NCBI GenBank assembly: GCA_051362555.1
Contig: CM120644.1
Span: 876,954 to 940,953, forward strand
From: Lingula anatina
Lineage: Eukaryota > Animalia > Brachiopoda
Reading direction: 5' to 3'
Length of the DNA stretch: 64,000 nt
Shown here: positions 37,401 to 48,554 of the stretch, piece by piece
Position numbering within the stretch: position 1 is the first letter of the stretch
Layout of the letters: each line of letters starts with the position of its first letter
Position numbers and translations under genes: made by a program
Notes under the pieces: generated by a model
What the model was told of the DNA's origin: nothing
The model's input: only the letters and a program-made list of their open reading frames with translations
The model's database searches: none

Positions 37401-40400
37401 ATGTCTGAATTATCATTTCAATATTGATCCCTTACTGAATATGGAAACAGCTGAAGTAAATACAAAACTTAAGTTGAGAAAATCATGAATGTCATAATCT
37501 TCATCATATATTAATGTACGGAGTTTACAGGTACATAAAATAAGTAAGTATTTCCTTATAATCCACATCATGGCAGTAAATAGCTAGATACCACAGTGAC
37601 TGCAGTTCATATAAAGTATCATTTAGCTGTAAAAAAAAAATTAGTCAGTAACTTTTACAAGTACAAACCTAATTTACTGGTGATGAACAAATCTTTCCTG
37701 CTTAACCCAAACTTTGGCAAAAGCTCCTGCAGTGAATCTCCAATGTCTTTCTCATTTCTATAGACAGAAGCTGTATCTAAAGAGAAAAATGTTTTTCTTT
37801 ACAAAAATAATTAAGGTTCTTAGGATAGGTCATTTGCTTTTATACAAACCTAATTTGCTGGTGAGGAACACATTCTTGCGCTCTAACCCGCATTTTGGCA
37901 TAAGCTTCTGTAGCGAATGTCCTATGTCTTTTTCATTGTTGTATCCACCTGCTGTGTCTGAGAAAATTTAACCTTTTATTTAACCTTTAAATTTAATTAT
38001 TTTCTTTAATTTTTCAAAATTATACACATCAGTCTTCATCTCAATTCTCAAATCCATCAGTTTCTCTAAACTTAAAATCTCAAGACAGTACAAAAGACTG
38101 AAAATTTTATCAGATTTAACTGATCCAGATAGACACTGGGAAAGTTAGTCTAACACAGATATTTAAGCTGAGTAATGACTACACAGGCAAATACTGATGA
38201 ACACTTGCAGATAAATTAAACAGAAGCTTTGGCTCACTGATGCAGAATAGACGAAGGAAGAAAAAGGAAATACATACATGAAGAACACTGCTATCGAACA
38301 CTTACATTTAACTATGTGTTTGAAATGACCAATCAAGTTGGCTGGTTTATATCATTTTATTTTTTAATGCAATGACCAATGCAACATCATGGGTCAGAAC
38401 TAAACTGTCTTTGTGCTTTATTAACTCACCTATAGAACGATAGCCACTTGACAATGCAGCTTCCAGGGTCTTCCTAATTTGCTCTGAGCCAGTAATTCTG
38501 AATGTCCCTACTAGAAAGAGGTAAAAAAATTGGGACCATTTAGATCGAGAGGAGACGAGTGCTAGCAAAGGCGCTACCTAAATATGGCGAACCTACAGGG
38601 ACATGAAAGGAAGACTGCTTAATCTTGTGACGGGTTCTCTGCCTCTCACACGTCTCTGCACGCGATGTCCGTGCAGGGGCACAATACTAGTAATTAAGTC
38701 TCGACTCAATTCAACCAGTCAAGATTCGACGAGTAGGGAGGCGTGTGAGAGGCAGAGAGACCATTACACAGGCACATAGCCAGGGGGGGTTCATGGGGTT
38801 TGAAAGAACCGCCCCTTTTGCTGGGAAAAGGTCTACTATGGGTAAAATTTGATCTACAGTGTAGGTACATGAAGTTTTTATGGGAAAAGGTCCACTTTTT
38901 CAGAAAAAGAACCCCCCTTGTGAAATTGCTGGCTACGGGCCTGATTACAGGATTATGCGGTCTTCCTTTCAAGTAGGTCCGCCATATTTAGGTTGTAGCC
39001 TTGCTGGCACTGGGCTCTTCTAGATCTCAATAGTCATATATTCTGAAATGGTTAAACTGATCAATATATACAGTATACAGATTTCAAGCATCCCACTGTC
39101 CTCATAGCTGTCCAAATGTCCTTCATCCCATCCACCAGTATTTGTATTGTCTTTTTTTTTAAATCTAATTTTATGATGTACACAGTGTTTCTTGGTAGAC
39201 CTGGCCCCAGTTTAACAAAAAAACTTAAGTCAGTTCCCTGGCTTAGTTGACTAGGACTTCCACGAGGGTGCTGTAACACTGCTCCTGACAGGGTAAGATA
39301 AGCCCTTGTGACCTTGTAACCTTGGTAATTAAGTTCTTAGCCAGGGAACCAAACTTAACTTTTTTTGTGAAACAGGGGCCAGACATTTCCAACAGGATTT
39401 AAGTCCTGAGACGCAAGGGGTGCCTTGAACCAGTAGATTCTTTCATTACTCTTCTGTACTGGTAACCCCTTATGCAGATAGGCGTTGTCTGGCTGTAACC
39501 TGTGGTGGTTTGGCAAGTGGTCCCTGACCAGTGGCTCTGAATGTTTCTCCAGGACTTTACGATTATGCTCTGAGTTCATCTCTCAAGTAAACATTGCTAT
39601 TTTTGCCTCCACTATATTTTTTTGCCAATTCTATCCCAGGCAAATGTTAAGCATGCCTAATTTAAATTACATTAGAACAATATTCTGGCAGATCTAATCT
39701 GAAGTTGTGTGTACATGTGTGTGTATGCACATGCGTGGTGAGAGTTATGTACATGTGATGCATGGGTGTAAAAGGGGGTTAAACTGGAATAGGGGTAAAA
39801 ATTACACTACAGTGTCTTTCTTGAATTCTCCATATATTAGTAGTATACTGTATGTGCATGTGTACCATACCTTACCAGTGCATATACTATTAAATACATA
39901 CATGTAATGGATTATATAGGTGCAATGATTGCACTGGCAGTACTAGCAGTGCAACTAGCACAATCTCAGTCTCTCCACTTATAATTTGCATAAGTGAGAA
40001 GTAGTCCACGTGACCTGCTAGCCTTTTCTGTGCTGAATTTGGCAGACATATTAAAGTAGTGAGACAGGCAAGACCTTAGCTTAGGAGACCTTAGAAGATA
40101 GCAAATAAAAAGTTTTAACACTCAAAGTGAATGAAACTGAGTGGACTGGAACATAGCCAACTTATTGAAGAAATAGGAATTTAATGTTTCACGATTGATT
40201 CAAGAAGAATAAAGAATACAGTACAACCCATTAGCATTCCCTCTTGTTACCTGCCTGTCTGTCTACAAAGTGAAACATTTCTTAGAGTTCAAGGAGTGCC
40301 TACCAAGGCTCATAATCATGGCTGCATGAGTGAGGACCCCAGTAATACGCATAGAGGTGTTAAGTGAAAGGGCAGAGGCACTAAAATTGTCCAGAGCCGC

Positions 40401-41902
40401 ATATATGTAACAGATGACTAAACTCTACAATAAAATGAAAATTTTAATGTTTGAATTTGATAACTATCAGGCAGTGATCAAGAAAAAAGAACTTGAATGA
40501 AGCCTTTGAGAAGCTGAAACCAATCCAATTAGAGTCTGCTGATATTTTAAGCCATCTAGAGCTTACAGACCAATTGAATGATGCAAATGCAGTTTATGAT
40601 AGTGTAGTTAAAAATAAACTGGAATTTGACCAAAGTCTTTTAGAATAGGCAGAAATAAATTTTTTTTCGCAAAAAAATTCCCTTTTTTAGAAAATTTTGG
40701 CCCGTTTGACCTTGAAATAAAGAGCATATTTGAAATCTCCACATATGACTTTCGGTCAGCTGTTTGTAGAAATTTTTCCCATAATTCCTTAGGTATGGTA
40801 GATAATTAGCATTTAATTTTGCCATTTTTGGGCAAGGGTGCATTGTAATGAGCGCCACACATAGACCCCAGCACCGACAAAGCCCAAATTTTACATGGAA
40901 TGCGTTGAGATTATAGGTGACCTAAATCCAAGAGATGGATACGCAGGCCCTTGTAGTCTAGGAGGAGAAGCGGTAACGGTAAACATGGCGGCGGAGCCAG
41001 AGGAGCCGGCGGAACATGCGGGTCGGGCCTAAAACCATGTGTACCGCCAGCGCCTACGCTGGTGGTACAATAAGAATCAAGCCTTGAAACCAAGATCTCG
41101 ACATCGTTAAGAAGGAAAATACTATCAAAAGGACAGGTAAATGTCAAGAAAACACTGACCAAAGAAAGCGTGTTACATGTAGACAGACAGTGGTTGTGTG
41201 CAGATAATTAGATAAGCATCTGCTCATCACCTTAAATGAGGCCAACTTACTTCACTTACCCCAGCTGTGTTAACCCTGTCATTATGTTTTACATACAATA
41301 CGTAAGGTTAGGGTGGTTAATCCATATCCATACTATAGTCCCGCCTTCTCTGCACAAAATGGTAGTTCAGCAGTATATCTTAATTATATAACAATATCTT
41401 TGTAAACAAAATCATATGCTATATCATTGATGTTTAACACGTGTATGTCATCTAGGGTAAAAATTACACAACGGAGATTTTTATGAATTCTCCATATGCA
41501 AGTAGTACATGTGCATCACATATCTACAATGTACATGTACACTGTACCAGTGCATGTATAAATACACTGTACTTAAATGGGCAATCCCTTTTTGTTAGCA
41601 GTGTACAGTATATCTTAACAATATAAGTTAACAATAACATAAACAATATCTTCGTTAACAAAATTATATGCTATATCGCTTTTTGACACATGTAAGCCAT
41701 ACATAAGTTATATTTTCAAAATAATACAGACAAGTCACTTTCAATTTCATCTTTTACACTAGTACTAGCAGTACTAAATACCCTGTAGTAAATTCACCCG
41801 TACTAACTTGTCTCATTATAAACCACATAACCCCTGACATGCAAAACACTTACAACCAAGTATAGGCATGGAACACCCGGTATTCAAAACCACGTGTTTC
41901 AT
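34406..41902 (-). CDS. Aldo-keto reductase (AKR superfamily), 289 aa per isoform
   Basis: Exons 41902-41854, 38510-38430, [37957-37850 or 37776-37669], 37125-36937, 36317-36226, 35458-35348, 34922-34829 and 34551-34406, all GT-AG and in frame. Motifs [52 protein letters not shown]. Confidence 0.92.
35867..36035. mobile_element. MITE, CAGGCCCGTAGCC family
   Basis: TIR CAGGCCCGTAGCCAG / CTGGCTAAGGGCCTG; homologous to 38769-38943 and 48167-48344. Confidence 0.8.
37669..37776 (-). CDS. AKR alternative exon 3b ([36 protein letters not shown])
   Basis: 108 nt, ttttctctttag acceptor, GTTTGT donor, phase 1-1, no stops. Confidence 0.85.
37850..37957 (-). CDS. AKR alternative exon 3a ([36 protein letters not shown])
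   Basis: 108 nt, ttttctcag acceptor, GTTTGT donor, phase 1-1, no stops. Confidence 0.8.
38532..39035. mobile_element. MITE with long imperfect TIRs, hosting a nested MITE
   Basis: GCAAAGGCGCTACCTAAATATGGCGAACCTAC is inverted relative to GTAGGTCCGCCATATTTAGGTTGTAGCCTTGC. Confidence 0.65.
38769..38943. mobile_element. MITE, CAGGCCCGTAGCC family, 6-bp TSD
   Basis: Flanked by ATTACA on both sides. Confidence 0.85.
40650..41073 (-). mobile_element. Partial second copy of the HINE-like element (terminal part only)
   Basis: Aligns by eye to about 33280-33722, including GCTGGTGGTACAATAA. Confidence 0.8.
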
Positions 41903-41989
41903 CTCTGCCTCTTGCTGCTGAGCACGTACATCACCCTTCAGACAATTTGAGCACGTACATCACCCTTCAGACAATTTCACTGAGACAAT

Positions 41990-42212
41990 TTCAACGAGGC
42001 ATGCCGCACTTGTTTTATACAACCCGGAAGTAGCTCGCTTGACCTCAGCGAAAGGTCAACCAGAGTCGCGCGCATCTGATCAACTTCCGCTGTTCAGAAA
42101 CCGGAAAAAATCTGCGAACAGCTCGTTTTTCTGCCATATGTTTACGACGAGTTGACAGAGGAGAAGTTCAGCGCTTGTGCTGCTGTGTATAGATTAGGAC
42201 ATTATCTTCAGC
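41990..42212. promoter_or_regulatory. Bidirectional promoter between AKR (-) and the probable non-coding first exon of cytochrome b561-1 (+)
   Basis: CpG-rich patch with ETS-type CCGGAAGT, ACTTCCG and CCGGAA, about 100-200 bp from the AKR ATG; + strand donor GC|GTGAGT at 42212. Confidence 0.55.
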
Positions 42213-42293
42213 GTGAGTAAAGTTATTTAATTGCATTTATTTGTGCTGTGCTGGGTTAAGATTGCAATATTCGAGTGTGAAGCTCACAGAATT

Positions 42294-42651
42294 CTGGTAC
42301 TTTTGTAGTATACCCCCCACCCCAGGGGCGGATTTAGGCCGTCTTCTGGGTCTTCCGGAAGACGGTCAGATTTTCAAGTTTACATTAATGGGTATCTAAT
42401 TTTTTCTGTCGGAAGACGGTCAAAAATGAAGGATAAATCAACAAAGATAATTTGGAAGACTGTCAGAAAATATCTTTGGGTCCGCCCCTGCCACCCTGTG
42501 ATTAAAACTAATAAAAAGACCACAGGTAATTACAAAAACATTTTATTTCAACAGCTTTGACATAGGTGAAAAAGACAAAGTAAAAAAAAGTTTGAAAAAT
42601 GAAAGTTTCAGGAAGTTACAGGGTGGGGGGGGTATACTACAAAAGTACCAG
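42294..42651. mobile_element. MITE with a nested CAGGGGCGGAT MITE (42323-42490)
   Basis: Outer TIR CTGGTACTTTTGTAGTATACCCCCC / GGGGGGTATACTACAAAAGTACCAG; inner element flanked by a CCACCC duplication. Confidence 0.85.
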
Positions 42652-43064
42652 CTCCATTGATACTGATTACTGTGAGTCTGTGACAGTGTGAAGCGTCACT
42701 CTAAGACAAACTGGACACCTACACGTTAAGCAGTGAAGACCTACGAGTAATGAAAATAGAAAATAACCCTGGCTATTGCAACAGCACACCAGGTTACTGA
42801 CTCAAATTTATTTAATTATTAAAATTATTATTTATTACCGTAATTTATTTGGTAGCAACTTATTGTGCAGACGCGCCGAACCATTCTCACTAAACTGTCC
42901 TCTGTCAGTTTCCTTAAACTTTGTATTCATGGACTTCTCCTTAATTGAGGTAAATCAAAATTTTCATTCTTCGTGTATGCACTGGCTTTTGCCATTTGTC
43001 AAAGGTCCAATCCCAGATGAACTAATAACTATCACATTTTACACTGGTGAGCCATGTACTGTAT

Positions 43065-43280
43065 GGCTCTATTCCCATAGATTTTAGATTGATCTATCCC
43101 CGCGGGGAGTCTCACTAGATTACTTTCAGATAATTCGACTTAAATGGCCGTCCCGCCTACTACAAGCTGTAAGGGGATAATTAACTTTCGTGTCCGCCCG
43201 GCTGACAGCTATTTAGCGTGAACCCCCAGGGAGTTAGGTCGATCTAAAGTAGGTCGATCTAATCTATGGAAATGGGGTGT
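43065..43280. mobile_element. About 215-bp MITE (TAGATCGATCTA family), copy 1
   Basis: Reverse-orientation homologue of 48820-49042 and 54499-54713. Confidence 0.8.
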
Positions 43281-45207
43281 ATGCTTGCTTTCCACCCCTG
43301 CTTGTAGTACAATGTACCTGCTTTATATTTGTTATAAGTCAGACACTACTACATCACATATCTACATGTACATCACATATCTACATATGGACCTATATGT
43401 ACTAGTAATCACCTAATAAACTGATACAATTAGTGTTCTGGTTTGTTACAACTGATGGACAACAGGACTTTATCAGCATGCTTATCCCTATAATCAGACG
43501 ACAACAGAGTTCATGTTGTGCAGTATTTGGACTATAGTATTAGTAGTATGACAAAGTGATTGTCATTCAAATATTTGAGTAATTTGATTAAAGTCTATTG
43601 TCCATTGAGGTCACTGACCACTGTTGATATATGGTTCAGTATATTTGATTACCTCAGGGTCAGAGAACCAAAGAGCAACTGCAGACTAATTAAGGCATGT
43701 ATCTTGTGAAAATGTTTTTGAGATAATGTATTATATATAAAAAATATGAAGTTTTTTTTTTTTTCAGTTCTAGGCAGCATAAGGTTGAACAATGTCTATA
43801 TGTTATTGTTATTAAAATGCTGTTCGCTAGCTGCTTATTCAGGTCTACAGTCCATTATAACAACCTTCTTTTTTCCTTTTTTTTTTGAGAGTTAGCCAGG
43901 GATGAAAAAATAACATCCTTGATAGTAGAAACTTAATACTCATTTCTGAAAAGAAAATAACATTGCTGGTAACAGTACCTGGAAAACCTGCTGGTCTGTT
44001 GTCTGGGTAGCTCACTACTGAGAAATACATGCTTTTATAAAGGTCTTATCTTTGTGATGTCTCATTTGACATTGAGTCATATTATTTCAGTTTTCTTCCT
44101 TTTGGTTTTGAAAGAAATGAACACAACAGTAAGGTAATTTAATATGCCTTTTTTTTTGGTAGGTGTCTTAGATAAAGATGTCTGATGCTTTAGAATTTTT
44201 GAAAATTCAAGAACTTTTACCTGTAGCAAGTAGCTCTGATTTGATGTAATCCACATAGAGCTCGGGTCTTTGCACAAAAAAAAAAACACACACACACACA
44301 CTGACACAAATGTTCATACATGCACCTACAGTTCACAGTGAGTCTTTTCATCCCGAGTTCACATTCATGCTATCAAGAATGATCACTCAGAATATTGAAC
44401 CAAAATGCCCCAAGTCAGCCTGTTATAGTGTCACATCTATACTAGTAGTCAGTTTCTGTACTAGTAGTCAGTTTATAATGGGATGTGTAGGTTGTTATTC
44501 TACCTGAGAACTCATGAAGACTTCATCTTTCTGTATGTGTCATTTGACATCATTTTATTCATTATTTGACATGAAGTGTGAGTATAATTGGCATTTGAAT
44601 GAGTCTCTACACCCAAATCAACTGACTCAATAGTACCAACTTCTTTCGAAAGGAATAATTTAATAATACTTGATAAACATTGAAAATAGAAGCCAGTACT
44701 AGTTCTTGATGCTGTTCACATAAGAATTGTAATTATCAGCCACAAACTCTCCCCATATGTCATTCTACAGCAACCCAATACCAGTGGATATATATCTGTT
44801 CCTACCAGTGGAATTGTGAGCAGATAATTGCTTCGGGTACTAGTAATTGCTTCAGGCTTACATTGTTTATAATTCTGTATTTTTGTTTTATATACATGAA
44901 TGACCCTCTTTCTAAGCCATGAATTGTTGAGTGACGTGGAAAAAAATGAAAAGATTGTTCATCATTCCTGCTTACCCAATGCTTAATATACATTAATGAC
45001 CCTCTTTCCAAACCGTGGATTGTTGAGTAGCAAAAATGAAAAAAAAAATTGTTCATCATTCCTGCTCACCCAGTGAGGATATATGTTGACACATAATTAT
45101 CAATTGCTTTGCTTATTCTTTTATCCAAATGCCAGAATCTTGTTGTGGGAGATTTCTCAGCCATGGTAACATATCTTTTCCATTATATGTGACGAAAGAA
45201 AAATGGG

Positions 45208-45281
45208 AAGAGAGAGAGAGGGATGGAGAGAGAGGGAGAGAGAGAAGGGAGAACGAGAGAATGAGAAAAGGAGAGCGAAAT

Positions 45282-45314
<33 letters not shown>

Positions 45315-45324
45315 AAGGGAGAGT

Positions 45325-45357
<33 letters not shown>

Positions 45358-45378
45358 TGAGAGAGAAAGCAAGAGAGC
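45208..45378. repeat. GA-rich microsatellite
   Basis: Imperfect (GA)n tract. Confidence 0.9.
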
Positions 45379-46567
45379 AATCTAGTCTAATCGTGGGTGT
45401 GTATTGATGTATGGTCCCAATTAACAAACTCCAAATCAGTTTATATTTAATCTGCCAGGAGAAATTGAAGGAAAGAAAAAAAGCGGTATAGTCTAATCGT
45501 GGGTGTGTTTTCTATTGATGCGTGATCCCAATTAACAAACCCCAGATCAGTTTATATTTAATCTGCCAGGAGAAGTTGAAGCTGCAGTCAACCTCATATT
45601 ATACTGGCTGCAATCTTGCATCTGCTGTGTATTGATTTTTGTCGCCGCATTCACTCAGACTTCTTTGATTCGGTCTTTATACTTAAGTCTTTATACTGTT
45701 AATCAGCCAGGTGTACTATCATCTAGTCATACTGATCTGTTCTCTAGTCTTTAGATCATTATTTCCATTTTTTTTCCTGTATGAATGGCTGGAAATAATT
45801 GAATACATTTCATTATCTTGCATTATAACGTAATTAACACGTTGAAAACACATGAATCTATGGACAGATTTCTGCTATAATCACAGAATCCTACTACAAT
45901 CCAGTCACAGCCCTTTGAAGCCATATAAAAGGTTTTAAAAAAAACCCATTCAGTCCATCCAAATCTTGTGTGGACACTTTCTCATATTTTTCACAAGGAA
46001 AGGAAGTGTAGTATCTGACTGCATGTTGAGAGTTATGTTGGGTGGTGTTATTACGTCAGGTAATTATCTACTGGTGATATTGGCACCTTGATAAAAACAC
46101 TGATGGCAGTGTTGAAGATTGATCTTCCGTATCTGCCTGGCATGAAAAATAATTAAACTCTGTACTAGTATGTATCTTGAATTTTATTGTTTTACTGAAT
46201 AGACCCTTCCCTAAACTTGAACACACTTAATATGAAAATGAAGAGACAAATGTTGTAGTAGTGAACGTTAGATTGTTTCATAAAAGAGATACCCTAAAAC
46301 ACACACATGCACACAGACACACCCACACACACACGTGTGTACATGCTTGTCTATATAAATTGATCTTAAAGTGAAGTGACAAATATAGTCAAAAAAAAAA
46401 AAAAATTATGACATGAACACATGTGTGCAGATTTATGAAAGTCTTCAGAATTATAAAAAAATATTTGGTTGAGAATTATTCTGATGTTTCCCAGTGCTCC
46501 TGACCAAATCATGCTGAATAGTGCCTACTAGTAGACTACTGCTAGTACAGTGACAAAAGCTCTGAAG

Positions 46568-47516
46568 CAGGCCTTCCCAACTACCAGACTCGGCACCTAC
46601 GGGTCCAGTATAAACCGGTTTATCAGACCACACTACCCGTTTTCAAGGTGTGTGTCAGATCGCATTACAGAGTATCAGCCACCACACTGATTTTGCCTGT
46701 GCGCGATGTGATAGCAATGATCCTAAGCGGGGTTGGAAAGTAGTGCATCTCATCTAGATTCATGCGCTGCTGCAATTTTCTCTGTTTATGCTAAAATCTG
46801 ACAGTACCGCAATTTTTAACATAAAATTTAGGTTCGGACATAGCCAATGATGTTTTGCAAACTTGTATATTAATTTAGAAAAGTAGACCTAATTTTGATA
46901 GCGGAAGCATATTCTGTCGGGGGTTAAATATTTTCATGACTACCGGGATGGACGAGATTGAGAGCAGGGGTAATCCTAGAGAGGGGTAAGAAACGTCCAT
47001 TGTTCTCGTCAGCGAGGCTGTCCTTTTTCAGGGTTTGTACGCACGGACAGAAAACTTAAGTATTGTGGGAACGTTACTAATGAAGCCACTGGTAGTACTA
47101 GTAGATATCAGCCTGTAGTCTTGAACAAGCGCCTCGATGACGAGTGAACAGTTGTCAAAAACAAAAGACCCAGGTGTGGTAGTTCAACTACTGTTCATGC
47201 GTGCCGCAACGACCAAACCTAATTGCTCCTCAAGGTCACAAAACAATAACCGGTACTGACGGCTAGGCTCGTCTTAATCATATAAGTAGCGCGTTTCCAC
47301 CCCCTGATTGAGGGAGTCGTCTGTTGTATTCATACGACTTCTACTTGACGAAAACGAGACGCGATACCCGGATGACAGGTAGGCTTACAGAATTTGTGAT
47401 AGGGTATGATACTCTTTTATGCGATCTGACACACACCTTGAAAACGGGTTGTGTGGTCAGATATACCGGTTTATTCTGGACCCGTAGGTGCCGAGTCTGG
47501 TAGTTGGGAAGGCCTG
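46568..47516. mobile_element. Non-autonomous DNA transposon, 949 bp, about 100-bp TIRs, 5-bp TSD
   Basis: CAGGCCTTCCCAACTACCAGACTCGGCACCTACGGGTCCAG... inverted at the right end; TGAAG duplicated on both flanks. Confidence 0.9.
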
Positions 47517-48166
47517 TGAAGTAGGCAGAGGGAGATGGTGGCAAATAGTTCGCCCAGTGTGAGTACTAGTACTATAACTGCCCGCTGCCCTCTGTGTTCC
47601 TGTTCAGTAATTAATCTGGTAAAATGTCACATCAAATGTGCATCTGGGGAAAGTAATGACACAGTGGCTATGGAAATGACTCTTAATTTCCGCTATATTT
47701 GTCTGCTATATTTGTCCTCTCCCCGCATGTCACAGTGTACTGGGAAGTAGAAATACTCCTGGTCTGTTATGTGCATGTTCACATCTGGGTTGAGATAAGT
47801 CATGGCTGGCCCTTGAGATTCAGGGTGCTCATCACTCACTTTATAAATGTACAATACATCAGAATAGCAGATTAATTGTGTTTATGTTTTCATAGTTTAT
47901 CACACGTGCTGCCAAGAGAACTTTATGCTTCCTGATGTAAAAACATTTATTTATTAAGTAAAGGTTATGAACAGCAATATAAATGTTTTCAATGATAAAT
48001 ACTAGTAGGGGTGTAAAAGATGAACTTCAGAATGACATGACTTCATATGATATGTACTAGTAGGAGTTCTATGCAGAGTAGTTAAACTGATTTTACCTTT
48101 TATGAAAAATATTTTTAAACTAAAGCCTAGTACAGCATTTTATTCATTTATTATCTCTGGCAAAGG

Positions 48167-48344
48167 CAGGCCCATAGCCAGGGGGAGTTTGGGGGGGGGG
48201 GGGGGGTCGAAAGAACCGCCCCTTTTGCTGGAAAAAGGTCCACTCTGGGTAAAATTTGATCTAGGTACATGAAGTTTTTTTTGGGAAAAGGTCCATTTTT
48301 TCAGAAAAATAACCCCCCTTTTGAAATTGCTGGCTACGGGCCTG
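48167..48344. mobile_element. MITE, CAGGCCCGTAGCC family
   Basis: CAGGCCCATAGCCAG...CTGGCTACGGGCCTG. Confidence 0.8.
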
Positions 48345-48554
48345 AAGGGGTTGTGTTTTTGTTACAGTTTGTTTTCTCTGTCAGTGTACAGATGCATGAT
48401 GACATTTTCTGGGTAGGTCACAAATTATGAACCAAGGAAGACATTAGATTTTTGTGATGATCAATTGATTAATTAATTGATTAAGAAATGATTAAGTATT
48501 AGTTCATTATTTATTTTATATTTTAGGTTTAAGTCAGCCCCATAGTACAGCAAG

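Noticed and set aside
45113-45427. Leu/Ser- or Arg/Glu-rich ORFs
   Set aside because: Translations of a (GA)n microsatellite.
44860-45590. Short local tandem duplications (about 95 bp and about 110 bp)
   Set aside because: Ordinary intronic duplications with no coding or structural signal.
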